A stretch of 64,000 bases of DNA from Sphaerodactylus townsendi (GCF_021028975.2 NC_059434.1:28334001-28398000), one strand, 5' to 3'; counted from the stretch's first letter, positions 11,226 through 24,054 are shown. The notes: a model not told the origin generated them from the sequence alone. Translations and numbers: made by a program.

Positions 11226-11352
11226 CATTGTTGGAGGCTTTCACGGCCGGATTCAACTGGTTGTGGTGGGTTTTCCGGGCTGTATGGCCGTGGTCTGGTG
11301 GATCTTGTTCCTAACGTTTCACCTGCATTTGTGGCTGGCATCTTCAGAGGTG
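11226..11352 (-). mobile_element. Penelope-like retroelement pseudo-LTR fragment
   Basis: The minus strand reads cctctgaagatgccagccacaaatgcaggtgaaacgttaggaacaagatccaccagaccacggccatacagcccggaaaacccaccacaaccagttgaatccggccgtgaaagcc, the typical squamate PLE 3' motif. Confidence 0.75.
11310..11350 (-). ncRNA. Minimal type I hammerhead ribozyme motif (Penelope-associated)
   Basis: CCU-CUGAAGA-U-GCCAGC-CACAAAU-GCAGGU-GAAA-CG-UU/AGG. Core intact, stem I CCU:AGG, GUU cleavage triplet, vestigial stem III. Confidence 0.65.
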
Positions 11353-11760
11353 AAGCGATAACTAAAATGCTTTTGATGGATTAAGGCAAATTGTGATGAA
11401 TGTTCTTGCCTTTTGAATAACACAGCGACTTTTGAGAAATTTATTTTCATTGCCTACTGATTCCGGCAATCCTTTCTGTTTTCACTACAAATTAATATTC
11501 CATAAATATGAATACTTCACTGATAGAGAAGGCTATAAATATCTGTTATGAGATACTTCTGAAGGATTAGACCTTTTCTGATGTAGTATTCCTGACTCTA
11601 TAACTGTGTATATGGGGTGAAAACACTACATGTGATCCTGAAGGTCAATCTGGTCTCTATTACACAAGTACCAAGGCAGCAAATCCATATTTTTTCTGTC
11701 TCGAAGAAAATAATTACCATACCTACTGGAATATAGTGCCTTTGTCCTGTCTGCATGGTC

Positions 11761-12317
11761 AGTTGTTAACACCCACTTGGGAAATACCTAGAGATTTGGG
11801 GGTGGAGCCTTAGGTGGCCAGGATTTGGGAAGGCGAGGAACCTCAGCAGGTTATAATGCCATAGAGTAGGGGTGTCAAACATCTGACCTGGGGCCTGATC
11901 TGGCCCCCTGAGAGGGCTTATCAGGCCCACAAGCCAGCTGAGGCAACCCCACTCCAGATCTGGTCTGACAAGCCCACTGAAGATTGGTCAGTCCAGACAC
12001 CCATCCTGCCCTACTTCTGATCTGGCCTGGAAAGCCCCACCTCCCCGTGCCAATATGGCAGCCATCCCCCTGCCCCCCAGTGATAATCTGTCTGGTGAGC
12101 CTGCTGAGGATTTGCCAGTCAAGGCAGCCAACCCCCACAGCCTGATTCAACCAAGTCTCATTTATATCATATCAGCTCTTGTAACTAATAAGTATGACAC
12201 CCTTGCCATTGAGTTACCCTCCACAGCAGCCATTTTCTCTACAAGACCTGATCTCTGTCATTGGAGATCAGTTGTAACTCCAGCAAAGCTCCATTCCCCT
12301 GAAAATTGGCAACCCTA
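11761..12317 (-). mobile_element. Abundant non-autonomous repeat with TAGGGTTGCCA-like termini, split by a hAT insertion
   Basis: Shares gagatttgggggtggagcc...gcagccattttct...ctgatctctg...ggagatcagttgtaa...ttggcaacccta with five other copies in the window. Confidence 0.7.
11867..12205. mobile_element. hAT non-autonomous element (nested)
   Basis: TIRs taggggtgtcaaac / gtatgacacccttg; 8-bp TSD ccatagag/ccattgag. Confidence 0.8.
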
Positions 12318-12370
12318 AAATACAGTCATAGTTATGGAAATGTAACATCTGAAAAAGGCTGTTGAGACAT

Positions 12371-12670
12371 GGAGCAGCAGTGGCATAGGAGGTTAAGAGC
12401 TCATGTATCTAATTTGCGGGAACCGGGTTTGATTCCCAGCTCTGCCGCCTGAGCTGTGGAGGCTTATCTGGGGAATTCAGATTAGCCTATGCACTCCCAC
12501 ACACGCCAGCTGGGTGACCTTGGGCTAGTCACAGCTTCTCAGAGCTCTCTCAGCCTCAGTCACCTCACAGGGTGTTTGTTGTGAGGGGGGAAGGGCAAGG
12601 AGATTGTAAGCCCCTTTGAGTCTCCTGCAGAGAGAAAGGGGGGATATAAATCCAAACTCTTCTTCTTCTT
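12371..12670 (+). mobile_element. tRNA-derived squamate SINE (Squam3-like, CORE-type) with (CTT)n tail
   Basis: A-box-like gtggcataggagg, B-box-like ggtttgattccc, CORE-like gggtgaccttgggctagtcac...cctcacagggtgtttgttgtgagg, and tail aactcttcttcttctt. Confidence 0.8.
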
Positions 12671-14160
12671 TTTTGGTCAAAATTGTTTATGGAGTAAACA
12701 TTTGAACTGAAGGTAGGGAATGCATTATTAGCACGAACAAGGGAGAGGAGAAACGCATTTGTACTGGTAAATATGTCTTTCCCAAACCCAGTCTTTATAT
12801 TTTGGAAAAAAAAGTTCAATGGGAACATTTTTACAGCAAGCTTTAAGCAGAAATGGTTCAGCTAACTGAGCATTTCCAAAGAGCGTTCTTACTCCTGGCA
12901 GCTGTACCTCCTTAGAAGGGCTAAGGTCCTCACTGAAGAAAAGGAAAAAGTGGGTTCTACTCAGGTCATGCAAATTCACACATTATAACAGTGATGTGAA
13001 TGCCTCAGAAAAATGTTTCTATGTTCAGTGCTCCATGTGGCTGTACTAATGTTTCAAATCAGTTCTCCATATTTGCTGAGGAAATTTCAAAGTACATGCC
13101 ATGGCAGTGTGCACCTGGCTGGGCACATTTTCATTAACAGCCATGCCACTGAAGTAATAATATCTGAATTGGCCCTCAGAGAGGAATTGAGAGATTATGA
13201 GATTCACAATTAGGGCTTTTTACAGATGGGAAAGAAAACCATAAATATCTGTTAATACTGAAGTTATTGCTAGAGCAAAAAGCTGTTATTTCTGTTCTTC
13301 AGTGTGAAGCCATAGATTACAGATAGGTGTTTCTACTGAAATTGATAATTTTAAGGACAATTTAATTTATATGAGGAACAAAGGTTATGGTGTTCTAAAC
13401 TACACTGGTACGTTATAGCAAAGACAGAAGTTTCATGATGTGTTAAAGATTTAACAATATTAATCATGGCAATAACTTTTCAGTTTAACATCATTTCTCT
13501 TCAGATACAACCTTAACTCTGCTGAGGAAAAAAAATTAAACCTATTGCTGCACTAAGGGAGAAACCATAAATATTTTCTCCACCCCACCCTAACACTATA
13601 CTGGAATCTTTGTAGTTTTTGTGTATCTGTGTTGGATTAGGATTTTGACATCCTTGGCATTTTTTCTACCTCAGATAAAATGCTTTAACAGTAGTGGTAT
13701 TTTCTCCCATCCTGCTTTTCGGGCTGTTTAGCATGTTTTAGTTGTTGGTTTAAAGTATTAATCATTGCTAAACCCTCCCCCAGCAAAGTGAATATCAGTG
13801 CAATACTAGTACCATACAGGCTAACAAGGCGGTAAGTGCTACAAGACCACTTGATCACCACTTTCCCCTTTTATGGCGTTAGATATGAAAATGCATAAAC
13901 TTGAGAAAATAAAGGAGAAAAAATCTTAGCAAGTTGTGGGATTGCACTGCAAGGGGCGCTAATCTTGCTGGAGTTCTCAAAATGATTTTAAAAGCTTAAA
14001 AAAATTGGTGAGGGATTAAACTCATGGACAGCTCAGCCACCAGCAGCCAGGGATCATTAAAAAGAAAAATAGGCTTCAAAGTAGGATAGGCAACCTAGTA
14101 TGTGTTCATAGTCATCATAGATGCTATTAGGAGGACCTAGCAATAGGTGCTTGTAACTGA

Positions 14161-14340
14161 CCAGGATAGCCCAAAGTTAGTCTGATCCTTTCGCAGATCT
14201 CAGAAGTTAAACAGGCCAGTGTTTGGATGGGAGACCAGCAACGAAGTTCAGAGTTGCTAAGCAGGGGCAGGCAATGTTACTCTCTTGCCCTGAAAACCCC
14301 AGGAGATAACCATATGTTGGCTGTGACTTGATGGCAAAAA
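14161..14340 (+). mobile_element. 5S rRNA-derived SINE with RTE-type tail (5S-Sauria-like)
   Basis: 5S-like gatctcagaagttaaacagg...ttggatgggagacc followed by the RTE-like tail cttgccctgaaaacccc...gtgacttgatggca. Confidence 0.7.
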
Positions 14341-16295
14341 CAAAAAGATGAACAAGGTGCTTCAGGGCCTCACAGATATAGTAGAAGTGCTAGTACAAAG
14401 TGCTACCAAAGCACTCTTTCTGGAAAAAAAAAGATCTCCCTACAACTGATGTGTTCATCTGGAGAAAACTATCCAGAGCAGGAGAAAACCACAGTTTGAA
14501 AAGCTCCATGTGGGTAGCAAGGGACCTGGTGGTTCTTTTCCTTTGTGCTTTTTGTGATGACAGATAACTTTGACCTTGACACTACATGCAAATATTCTCT
14601 TCTTCCTCATATGCTTATGTGTTGTGATATACTTGATGTGTTGTGATAGTTTTTTTTAAACAGGGAATTACTAATGTAGAAGATTTTTAATTTTTTAAAA
14701 TGTGCAGTCTGAAATGATTCAGTCAATCAATCACTACAGCATTCAGTGCTTTCATTGCCATTTCATTCTGCTACCTGGGTAGACCATGTCTCCATCGCTA
14801 TATATCTGAGACACCCAGGGAGAAGAACTGGAGAGAAGAAAGAGTCAGGGAGGGAGCTTTTTCCTCCACTTGGCTGTTGTCTGGCTGGTCTGCCACCTGC
14901 TATTCTTGATGGCAGCAGAGATACTTAAGTTGAAGATGGGAAGAAGAGGGTGGGATTCACCTTGGGCTTGGATGCATCTGTTGGGCCATGGGCCTGTAAG
15001 GCACATCAAAGATTACAAGCAATTGAAACTGGTACCTCAACTCAAGGGAGTGAGATTAACCACAGCATCATTATAACTGCACTTTGCCAAGTAAATTGCC
15101 GTGGGGTGAATTGTGGAATCCACTTAAACAACTTCCATCTAGGGAAATAGGTTCATGTAATTGGCTCCATTATTAAAATCCCCAATGAGCTACAAGCCCA
15201 TGTGAAAGTTTTCCATTAGATAACCCAAAGCTTAAAACATTGAGTACTTTTCTGGATATCTGTAGTTTGTTTATCTGGAAAAAAATTCTAACCAGCTTTT
15301 CAATTAAAACGGAAGTCAGCATAGCTTACAAAATGAGGCTTCAAGACAGATAAAATACAATAATATTGATATTCTGCAATTTGTTCAAGGTAGAATTATT
15401 CAGGAGAGCTTTTGGCACTACCACCTTTTCCTTAAATTATATGTTTGCTTGTTTTATGGCTCTCTTAGTTATATTGCTTTATTGTCATTGCAACCTGCCT
15501 GGAGTCTGATTTTGAGGAAATGTTGACTAAAAATGCTCTATATGAATCAGTAAAACAAGATACAGTAGAAAACTGCGGCATAGCTGCAATTAGTCACAAA
15601 ATAGCAAGAGACGGCCCTGCCCTACTCCTGCCTCCCCTCCTAACAGTTATTGCCCTATTGCCTGCTGTTCTGAATTTATTGCTGCCTTTGGACTCTCCTG
15701 AGCCCTGCCAGGCTTTTTCCTGGCCAGAACAACCTTCAGAAAGCACCAGATAATGAGGTAGATGAACAAATACACTTGGACCCTATGGGAATGCAGGGAT
15801 CAACGACAGACCCTCTTTTTTTCTCCTTGATAAGTATGATGGAATAGGACTTGATGTGGGGATACAGACCAGTCTACCATCATTAAAATGTTAAGAAATT
15901 TAATAAAGAGAGCACATAGCATTTTTAAATCACAACGGAAAAAGCAATGATTGAAAGAAAGCAATTTAAGCATAATTCTCTAAACCTAATACTGTATTTT
16001 TCTTATAAGATGACACAATTAGGATAGACTATTTAATGCTGGTAGTTACAAGGATTCAGAACTGTTTCATTTCCTCAGTTTCATGGAGGGAAGATTCTCC
16101 CCTTGTTCATCAACACACAATCATGGCTGCTATTACAATGGAGCCTCCCATAAGGAGGCCAGATGGCTGGGAGCTAACAGAGATCTTTCCTCATGCCCAG
16201 GGTTTTTATAACTTTTTTACTGGCCACCCCTTCTAGGTCATGCTTCTTTTCCTGTACAAGAGGAATATCCGTTCTTTCTCATTTCAGCTCTCAAA

Positions 16296-16523
16296 AGGGT
16301 TTCCAGCTCTGGGTTGAGAAATACCCAAAGATTTTGGGGGTAGAGCCTGAGGAGAGTAGGGCATGGGAAGGGGAGGAGAGGGACTTCAATGGCATATAAT
16401 GTCATAAAGATAATCTTCCAATCCAAAGTGATCATTTTCTCCAGAGGTAATGATCTCTGTCACTTTGAGATCAGTTGTAATAATGGGAGATCTCCAGTCG
16501 CTATCTGGAGGCTGGCAATTGTA
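16296..16523 (-). mobile_element. TAGGGTTGCCA-terminus repeat copy
   Basis: Homologous to 24509-24723 and to the reverse complement of 46544-46735. Confidence 0.7.
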
Positions 16524-16839
16524 AGTTCTGTGGCTTAGGTGTGACTTGTTTTTCCCTGTGCTAGGTCCATCTCCACATTTATGAAGCTGGATGGCCTTTG
16601 TGCTGGGAGATGTCAACCCAGACCCACTTTCCCCTTGTGTATCTGTTTGCTTGCAAGAGCCACTTTGGCGCCTCTGCACCTGTGTAGACCCAACTATTCT
16701 AGCTATTTAGGCACAGCGTTCCAAAATATGGGGTCACAATAATCCTGTTAGCCTGGTGTATAAAAGAAAACCTAATACTTTCCAATGAAAACTAGATGAA
16801 ATTTTACTTCAAATAGTTGTCCAGAACTATGAGACAAAA

Positions 16840-16870
16840 TGTGTGTGTGTGTGTGTGTGGGGGGGGGGGG
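16840..16870. repeat. (TG)n microsatellite followed by a poly-G run
   Basis: tgtgtgtgtgtgtgtgtgtg followed by about 12 G. Confidence 0.9.
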
Positions 16871-18146
16871 CACAGCTGAAACTCAATGAAAACATAGCTG
16901 AAAATCTATAAACCAGTGCAGGTATGTTAATTATCAACCTGCATTCAAGTGAACATGTAAAATAGATATGCAGTGACCTGAGTCATGTGAAAACTAGTAG
17001 GAGCTGCATGAAGTCTGGTGCTGAGCAACAGTGGAAGGGACTGATACCTTCCCTAGTTATAGCAGATAGCATATGCCAAGTTCAAATTCTTAAATCCTTC
17101 CAAACTTCAAAAGCAACATTTGATGTTTTTTTCTTCCAAAAGGTCCCATGACATTGTTAAAAATTAATCCAATTTGGCTGGCTGTTAGTATTACAACTCA
17201 CCAAAGTGCCATTTTTTTTAATTTGGTGGCACTTGGGTTGAGGAGTACTCATTGTTTTATATCCTGCATTAATGAGATTTCAGGCGGCCAAATGATATAA
17301 TTTTCAAACAGTTCCTTTTACAAGCTTTTTAAGTGCAGTGCAGCTAAGTATGAGAACACTGAGTTTTATAAAGGACCATTTAAAAAGAAAAAGAACAATC
17401 TGCTTAATTTGTTAATAAAACCAAATATGCATGTCTGAGCAAGCCAGTCATAAACTGGAACATATTCTTACAATAGTGGAAATAACATTAGCATAGGGCA
17501 AATACAGTTTCATAATTCCTTAGTAAGTTAGGCATTTCGGTAAGCTGCAGTGCTTATTTCTTTTTCTCAGGTCGGCTAAAATTAATTCAGCAAATAAAGA
17601 AAATAGTTTAGCTTTCATTGGTGTTTTTAAAACATGTCTGGAAACCATCTGTAGACCACTGGAATGTTTGACAGTCATTTTCTTATTCTCAAAATATACT
17701 AGTCTTGAATTTGTTCACCATATGCCTTCTCTTTTCATCAGTGAAGTCTCTATAGAACAAGAAGCAATAGGGGGTCTAGATTCGTATGGTGGAATTGATT
17801 TTATTTAGAATTGTGTTATGCCACTTCAAATTCAAATGACATAACAACAAACAACTAATCCTAATCCAATCTCCAAAAGACTGAACAACCAACACTGTCA
17901 GCAGCAAAAACCACCACCAGCAGCTCAAATAAACATTAGACTGATAACAATTGTAAAAGCTACTAAAGCAGGCCACTAAAAAGTAGGATAAAATGTCAGC
18001 TTAAAGCTTGGGTGAGGCGAGGTGTTTTAGCTTAAGTGCCAACAAGGTGGTTACCAGACATTCTTTGGAATGTCTTTGGAATTCCAATGACAGTGTGCCA
18101 TCACTTAGTATGTTCAGCTTTAAGCCGCTGTCCATATCCTCTCGAT

Positions 18147-18285
18147 CAGGGGTCTGCAACCTGTGGCTCTCCAGATGTTCACGGACTACAATTCCCATCA
18201 GCCCCTGCCAGCATGCCATGCTGGCAGGGGCTGATGGGAATTGTAGTCCATGAACATCTGGAGAGCCACAGGTTGCAGACCCCTG
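18147..18285. mobile_element. Palindromic hAT MITE
   Basis: Near-perfect 139-bp foldback caggggtctgcaacctgtggctctccagatgttc... / ...gaacatctggagagccacaggttgcagacccctg. Confidence 0.85.
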
Positions 18286-20862
18286 ATCGATGGTCTGGAG
18301 CACAGCAGGGCTTAGAATGACTAGTTTTCCTAACCAGTAAACAGTACAGTGCAGTACAGGTGGTGCTTTGAGTACAGGCAAGGAAAGGCAAGGAAATGAG
18401 GGAATTTGAATTAGAATATAAAATATGGGAATTTTCTCTTCCCCCTTTCATTTAATTTTCGATTTCATTATTGCCCTTCAGATCCAGACTCTAATTCCTA
18501 TTACAGAGATTTCTCAGCCCCGCACATTCTCATTATCTTTTTGTCCGGACCTCAAGCCAAGAGATGATTTCTCTTGCTCAGCCCATCGTCAAATTTCCCT
18601 AGCCTTTGTTCCTTACCCCTCAGGAAAATTTTTAGTCCTGCCATGTGGTAATCTTTGATGTATGCCCATTTGGTTACTAGCTTGTTTTAGGTAAATTTCC
18701 ATAGCCTTTCTGGTTCTCCATCCGGAGATCAAAGCTGTCGTAATGCCAGTGTGACTTTCTTTTGTTGCAGTTACAGAACAACTTCATCACAGGCACAGAT
18801 CTCATAACACTCAGTAAATAGAGCTGATATTCTCCCCTCCATTCCCTTCAGCACACACTCTATCTCTCCCTCTCCCAGCATCTCTCTCGCTGCTCCCATA
18901 GGATAAAGGCTTGTTTTTTTTTAAAAAAGGGGACTGTCTGAAAAAAGTTTTTAAAACCCCTCCTAATCATCAGGGAGGGCAGAAGCAGAGTTGGGGGGTA
19001 GGGGTAGGTGGGCTGGACCCAGAAACAGACCTTACTTGTGCTGTTTCTTGCAAAAGCTGACTGTATTATATATCAGTGCACTGATATATTGAAATGAGAA
19101 TTAGAGACACAGGAAGGAGCTGGCAACATGGAGGCGAGGCAAGGGGAAAGCATGGACGGCAGTGCGAGGAGTGGGACAGGTGGAGGTATGCAGGCTAGCT
19201 GTGGGTGGAGGGAACATGTCTGGGGCACATCTGTGCTCACTGGAAAATCTCCTCACTCTGGAGGTGAAGCAAAATTAAATTCGTGCTACAAGTGGTATTG
19301 CTTGCAATGGGGAGATTAGAAAGTGAAAGAGGGGCTTGAGGAAATATGTTCATACAAGAAGTCTTGCTGTGACAGACATTTGCCCCGTTCGCACAGCAGA
19401 TGCCTTGTGCATAATCAGCCGTGAAAACCCAGTTCAGCTGTCTGTATAATTGACCTTTGCCGTTGTGAAGAATGCTTTAGCCTACTGTTTGTTTCATACT
19501 GGGAGTGAGACTTTAGAAGTTATGAATCATTCCTGCAAACTATTAATGCACCTGACTTGGGCAAGAGGACAGTGATTGAAAAAATCATTAAGATGCTGTA
19601 GGTAATTTAATTAGAAATTGAGTTTTTTATGACAGGGTTGATGGGTGCTACCTCAGCTAACCTGACAATAAAGATTCCACAAGCTACAATGACATCTGGC
19701 ACAGAATCACATGTAGGAATTATGCAGAGGCAATAAAAGGCACTTAATTAGCATTGGAAATGGTGTTTCAACATTTATGAGATGTCTGCAAATTTGCATA
19801 CAGATACATAATTACATAATTTGCAGCTGTTGTGCTTGTTCTGTAAGACCTTGCTGCATTATTAGTGGAATACGTAAATGACAACTTAATTTCCTTAATT
19901 TCCCATTTTCTTAGTAGCCCCAAAGGTATGGGATTTCATGGGTGGTCCTTTCACCTGAGCTTTGTCATCTTGTCTCAGAACAGAGTAGAAAGGGAAAACA
20001 TCAACTCAGCAGGAAAAGTCTCTTGAGCTAATTGTAAATATTGTTTACTAACCATTGAGAAGGATCCATCAGCAATCTCTTTTCTTCTAGAAAAGGCTTA
20101 GTTTCCACATTACTAGAACCATTCCTTCCTTTAATCAATACGGTAAATTAAGTGTTTTTTCTAATGTGTATATGTAATACAGAACAATGGGTTATTAATT
20201 TTAATTTTATTTAACATATTGGGAAATTAATAATACAAGGTCCAGGAAAGCTAGTACAGCTACTTTGAATGAAAATCCAACCAAGGGATATACTACAACC
20301 AGAACAATGTTTGAGAGGGGCCACATAGCACCCATTCTTGGCTGCCTTTTCAGCCCTAAAAGTACAAAGTTGTACTCAGCTGATCCTACCAGTTTCTGGC
20401 AATATATAACTTCCCTATTTTTTATTTTTTTCCTGATAAGCTTTCTCCATAGTTACACAGACACAAATATGAGAATCTTAGCCACTTGGAAGACCCGTCT
20501 ACCCCCACATGGAGAAGCCTTGAATTGGCCTGCCCTCTGTGGACTGACTTATCTTTTTCTTACTGCACATTAAGAATGTTACTTGCATCCACTAGCAAAC
20601 AGCTTTACCTCAGATATTAAAGAATTCTGCTGAAGTTTTTAGAGTGACATAAACCAACTTGAAACAGTCTTTTAGCAGTGACACAGTTCTACTGCCTGGT
20701 ACACCCTCTGAATATTTTTATTGTGTGTTTGTTATTCCTCATGTCCTCTAAAGTAGTAACCTTGTCTAGCGTTTTTTTTTCTGATCACATACAACTAGGC
20801 CCAACTTCTTTGTTCCTAATGCAGTTTCTTTGTACCATAATGAGTTCTCATTACCACTACAA

Positions 20863-21485
20863 CAGGGGTCTGCAACCCATGGCTGTGGAGCCACATGCGG
20901 CTCTTTCAGCCTTATACTACGGCTCCGCATAGCCTGGTGGTCAGAGGGTAGCGTGGGCATGTCCCTCCAGCCCTCTAGAGCAGAGCTGGAAGGAAAGGTG
21001 AGTGGAGGGGCTGTCCGTGCGTGAGGGCGCTGCTTTTCGTGTCCCCTCCACTCACCTCTCCTTCCAGTGCTGCTTTGGAGGGCTGGAGGGACACGCCCAC
21101 ACTGCCCTCCGACCCCTGGAGGTCGGAGGGTAGCATGGGCATGTCCCTCTAAAGCAGCTGCCATCCCCCCTCTGCTCCATGGAGCAGGCGGCTGCCTACT
21201 GTGTCAGGCAGAGGGGGTTTCCCTGGCCAGTGCTGCTGCCTCCCGCAGCACGTGAGGCGGCGGCTCCAGGCAGGCTGTGGACGCCATTCCCCCTCTGCCT
21301 CACAGAGCAGGTGGCTGCCTGCTCCGTCAGGCAGAGAGGGTTTCCCTGCCTGGCACCTCCACCTCCCAGCGCTGGAAGGAAAGGTGAATGGAGGGCCCGA
21401 ACCGGAGGCTCCAGCTTGGTAGATCTTTGGGGCCGTGGAAAACAGGTCCAAATGGCTCTTTGGGTGGTAAAGGTTGCTGACCCTG
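20863..21485. mobile_element. hAT non-autonomous element, GC-rich
   Basis: TIRs caggggtctgcaacc / ggttgctgacccctg; TSD-like cactacaa / (a)tactacaa. Confidence 0.75.
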
Positions 21486-21528
21486 ATACTACAACAAGCA
21501 CACTGAGAACTGACTTAGAGGTCTCTAT

Positions 21529-21984
21529 GGCGTTTTTCGGATGGACATAATATCCCGGGAGAAAACCGGGATCATACATACCAGGATGTTTGTATTTCAG
21601 TTTCTCCCTCCGCATGGCTGCCCGTCAGCACATTCAGGCCATGAGGAAGACCTCCAGGTGATTATGCATGGTCCTGGTTTAGTTTCATTTTCCAATGTTG
21701 CCACTCATGCACAAACTGTTTCGTTTTTTCCAGTGTTCTGATTGTCTGCAGGTGGCGCGGCAGGAAAAATAAACCAGTCCATCTCCTGCAGTGTTTGCAA
21801 AGGAGTGGGATTGGTGTGGGTTGTTTTAAAAGAACCAACAATTTATCATTTTTTTGAAACCCCGGGATAAGGGAAATCTCGCCCGACGGGCCTGAGTTAG
21901 ACCTGGAAGCTGTGCAGAAGTCATGGCCAAATTGGGATGTTTCACCTCCTTATCCCAGGATGTATAGTCTGTGTGGAAAATGCC
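21529..21984. mobile_element. PIF/Harbinger-type MITE
   Basis: Imperfect TIRs ggcgtttttcggatggac / gtctgtgtggaaaatgcc; flanks tat/taa; internal atcccggga / cccgggata subterminal motifs. Confidence 0.55.
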
Positions 21985-22394
21985 TAAGCCAGCTAAGCCC
22001 CATTTCACTAAGAGTTCTATGTTGTCATTACTGTTAGGAATAATTACTTTTACACAGATGAAATATGACAATATATCTGTAGTGTTCAGGAAAGAAAAGG
22101 TACAAGTCTAATCAGTTAATATTAAGTTAGAGGGGTATATTAAGAGGAAGATGCTTCAGCCAAGAAACCAGATACTAAAATCTACTCCATATATTAAGTG
22201 CATTTCCATCCTTTGTAAATATTTTATATCACAGAGAAGGCTATAGCTCTGAAGTAGAACACAAGGTTTGCACTCAGAAGGTCCCATTAGCAACGTGTGA
22301 ATACAAATAAGCCCTTTTTCATCTTTTTTCATATGTTGTAAATTTGTTTTGTTTCTGCTGTAGCATTTTTATACCATTTTTAGTCAAATGAAGC

Positions 22395-22468
22395 GACAAC
22401 ATACCTTAGTTTTAATGGCAACAATTCTATTGACAACATACCTTAGTTTTATTGGCGACAATTCTATT
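22395..22468 (+). repeat. 37-bp tandem duplication
   Basis: gacaacataccttagttttaatggcaacaattctatt occurs twice with 2 mismatches. Confidence 0.9.
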
Positions 22469-22611
22469 GAGTTTCATTAATATGGTGAGGGAAATGATGC
22501 CTTCAATTTTATCTCAAGAGGGGATAACATGTCAGAGAATGAATCAAAACAGCATGTTCTGAAATTGTGTAATGTTTCTAGTCCCATTTTCATTTCTTGG
22601 TGTCTCTAGTT

Positions 22612-22928
22612 CAGTGTTTCCCAACCTTTTCAAGGTCAGGGTACCCTTGACCTCACTCTTCATATCTCATGGTACCCCTGACGCCACCCTCCACCTTCCC
22701 CTCCCATTGCCTCTGCTTGCCACACCCCCACCTTCCCCTCCCAGGGTGAAGGGAAGTGGCTGCTGACCTTGTGGCAGGCCCTGCCCCATGGGCCAGCTCC
22801 ATGTCCTTGCTGGCGCCGGTGGGAGACACCACAAAAATGAGGGGGGGGGGCGGTAGATTTGCCGCGGTACCCCTGGGATATGCTCATGGCACCCCAGGGT
22901 ACCACGGAACACTGGTTGAGAATGGCTG
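22612..22928. mobile_element. hAT (Charlie/Buster-type) non-autonomous element
   Basis: Ends cagtgtttcccaacc / ggttgagaatggctg; perfect 8-bp TSD ctctagtt (22604-22611, 22929-22936). Confidence 0.85.
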
Positions 22929-23078
22929 CTCTAGTTAAACGATTTCAGGTAATAAGACAGAAAAACAACTCAGCCTGAGATTTGAGAAACCACTGCCAAT
23001 CAATATTTGGCTTGGTGGACCAGTCATCTGTTTCTGAGGCAGCTTCTAGTGGCCCATCTCTCCCCTATATCAGCATTT

Positions 23079-23265
23079 ATGTATGTGTTAAGTCACAACT
23101 GACTTATGGTAACCCCATTACAGGGCTTTCAAGGCAAATGAGAAGAAGAGATGGTTTGCTTTTGCCTATCTCTGCACAACCTTCCTTGGTGGACTCCTGT
23201 TCAAGTATGAACCCTGCTTAGCTTCTGAGATCTGGTGAGATTGGGCTATACAGTGCCACCTTCCC
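23079..23265 (-). mobile_element. 5S-derived SINE (RTE tail)
   Basis: ccctgcttagcttctgagatctggtgagattgggct is the reverse complement of a 5S segment; RTE-like tail aagtcacaactgacttatggtaacccc...ttcaaggcaa. Confidence 0.7.
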
Positions 23266-23834
23266 TATCACATTAACTTGCGTGCCTACGAAAAAGACAG
23301 CTTGTTTGTTGTATTTAAAGTTGAACCACTGCTTCTGTGAATGGGATATGATTGCTAAGGCTAGCCTTGCATCAACTACAAAGACAAAGGAACCTGAGAC
23401 GGTTTTTCTGGACTACTGAAGGTTTTTCTGGTTCTATTTCAGCAAAATGTAGGGGAGCCAGATGCTGAGTAATGCCAGAATAGCCTGAACAGTGATCAAG
23501 TATCCTGGTAAATTAAATGTAATCATAAGCACATTTACACCTTTCTAATGAATTCAACAGGCTTGGAAGAGTGTCACTGAGGCTTGGGCAGGGTACAGAC
23601 TAGACTAGGCAGTACTAGACCAAGTTAGGGAAAACTCTCAGTTTAGTCCCAAGAGGTTGCTTTGATTACTATTGCAGCTCAATGAATCATCTAAACTACA
23701 AAGCTGTTGGAAGGCCAGGCCCTTATCATGAGTAAACAAGAATTTAAAGGGACTGCATACTGATTCACTAACTGCCATTTCTACCTGGTTAAATGGAGTC
23801 CAGCTGCATCATCTCCATGTTTACAAGGCATAGA

Positions 23835-23893
23835 CCTCGGGGATAGGGCGGTATAAAAATCTAATAAATAAATAAATAAATAAATAAATAAAA
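23835..23893 (+). repeat. Short LINE-type 3' tail with (TAAA)n
   Basis: cggggatagggcggtataaaaatc(taaa)n; a similar tail occurs at 36340-36390. Confidence 0.6.
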
Positions 23894-24054
23894 ATAGAGA
23901 GGCTTTGAATGACTGGTGATGTGATGCGGTTCCTTGTTTGGGAAGTTTGAACTGCCATCCTTTGAGGGGTCAAATTGTCATTCTCAATAAGAACATAAAG
24001 CATAAAAGAATGTCAAAGAACATAAAAATGTAAAAAGAGGAGAGGCCAGCTAGA

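Noticed and set aside
11535-13254. Identical 14-mer ataaatatctgtta at 11535 and 13241
   Set aside because: Several 14-mer matches are expected by chance in 64 kb of AT-rich DNA.
14161-14340. 5S rRNA gene
   Set aside because: Only a partial, diverged 5S head fused to an RTE-like tail and present in several dispersed copies, so it is a SINE.
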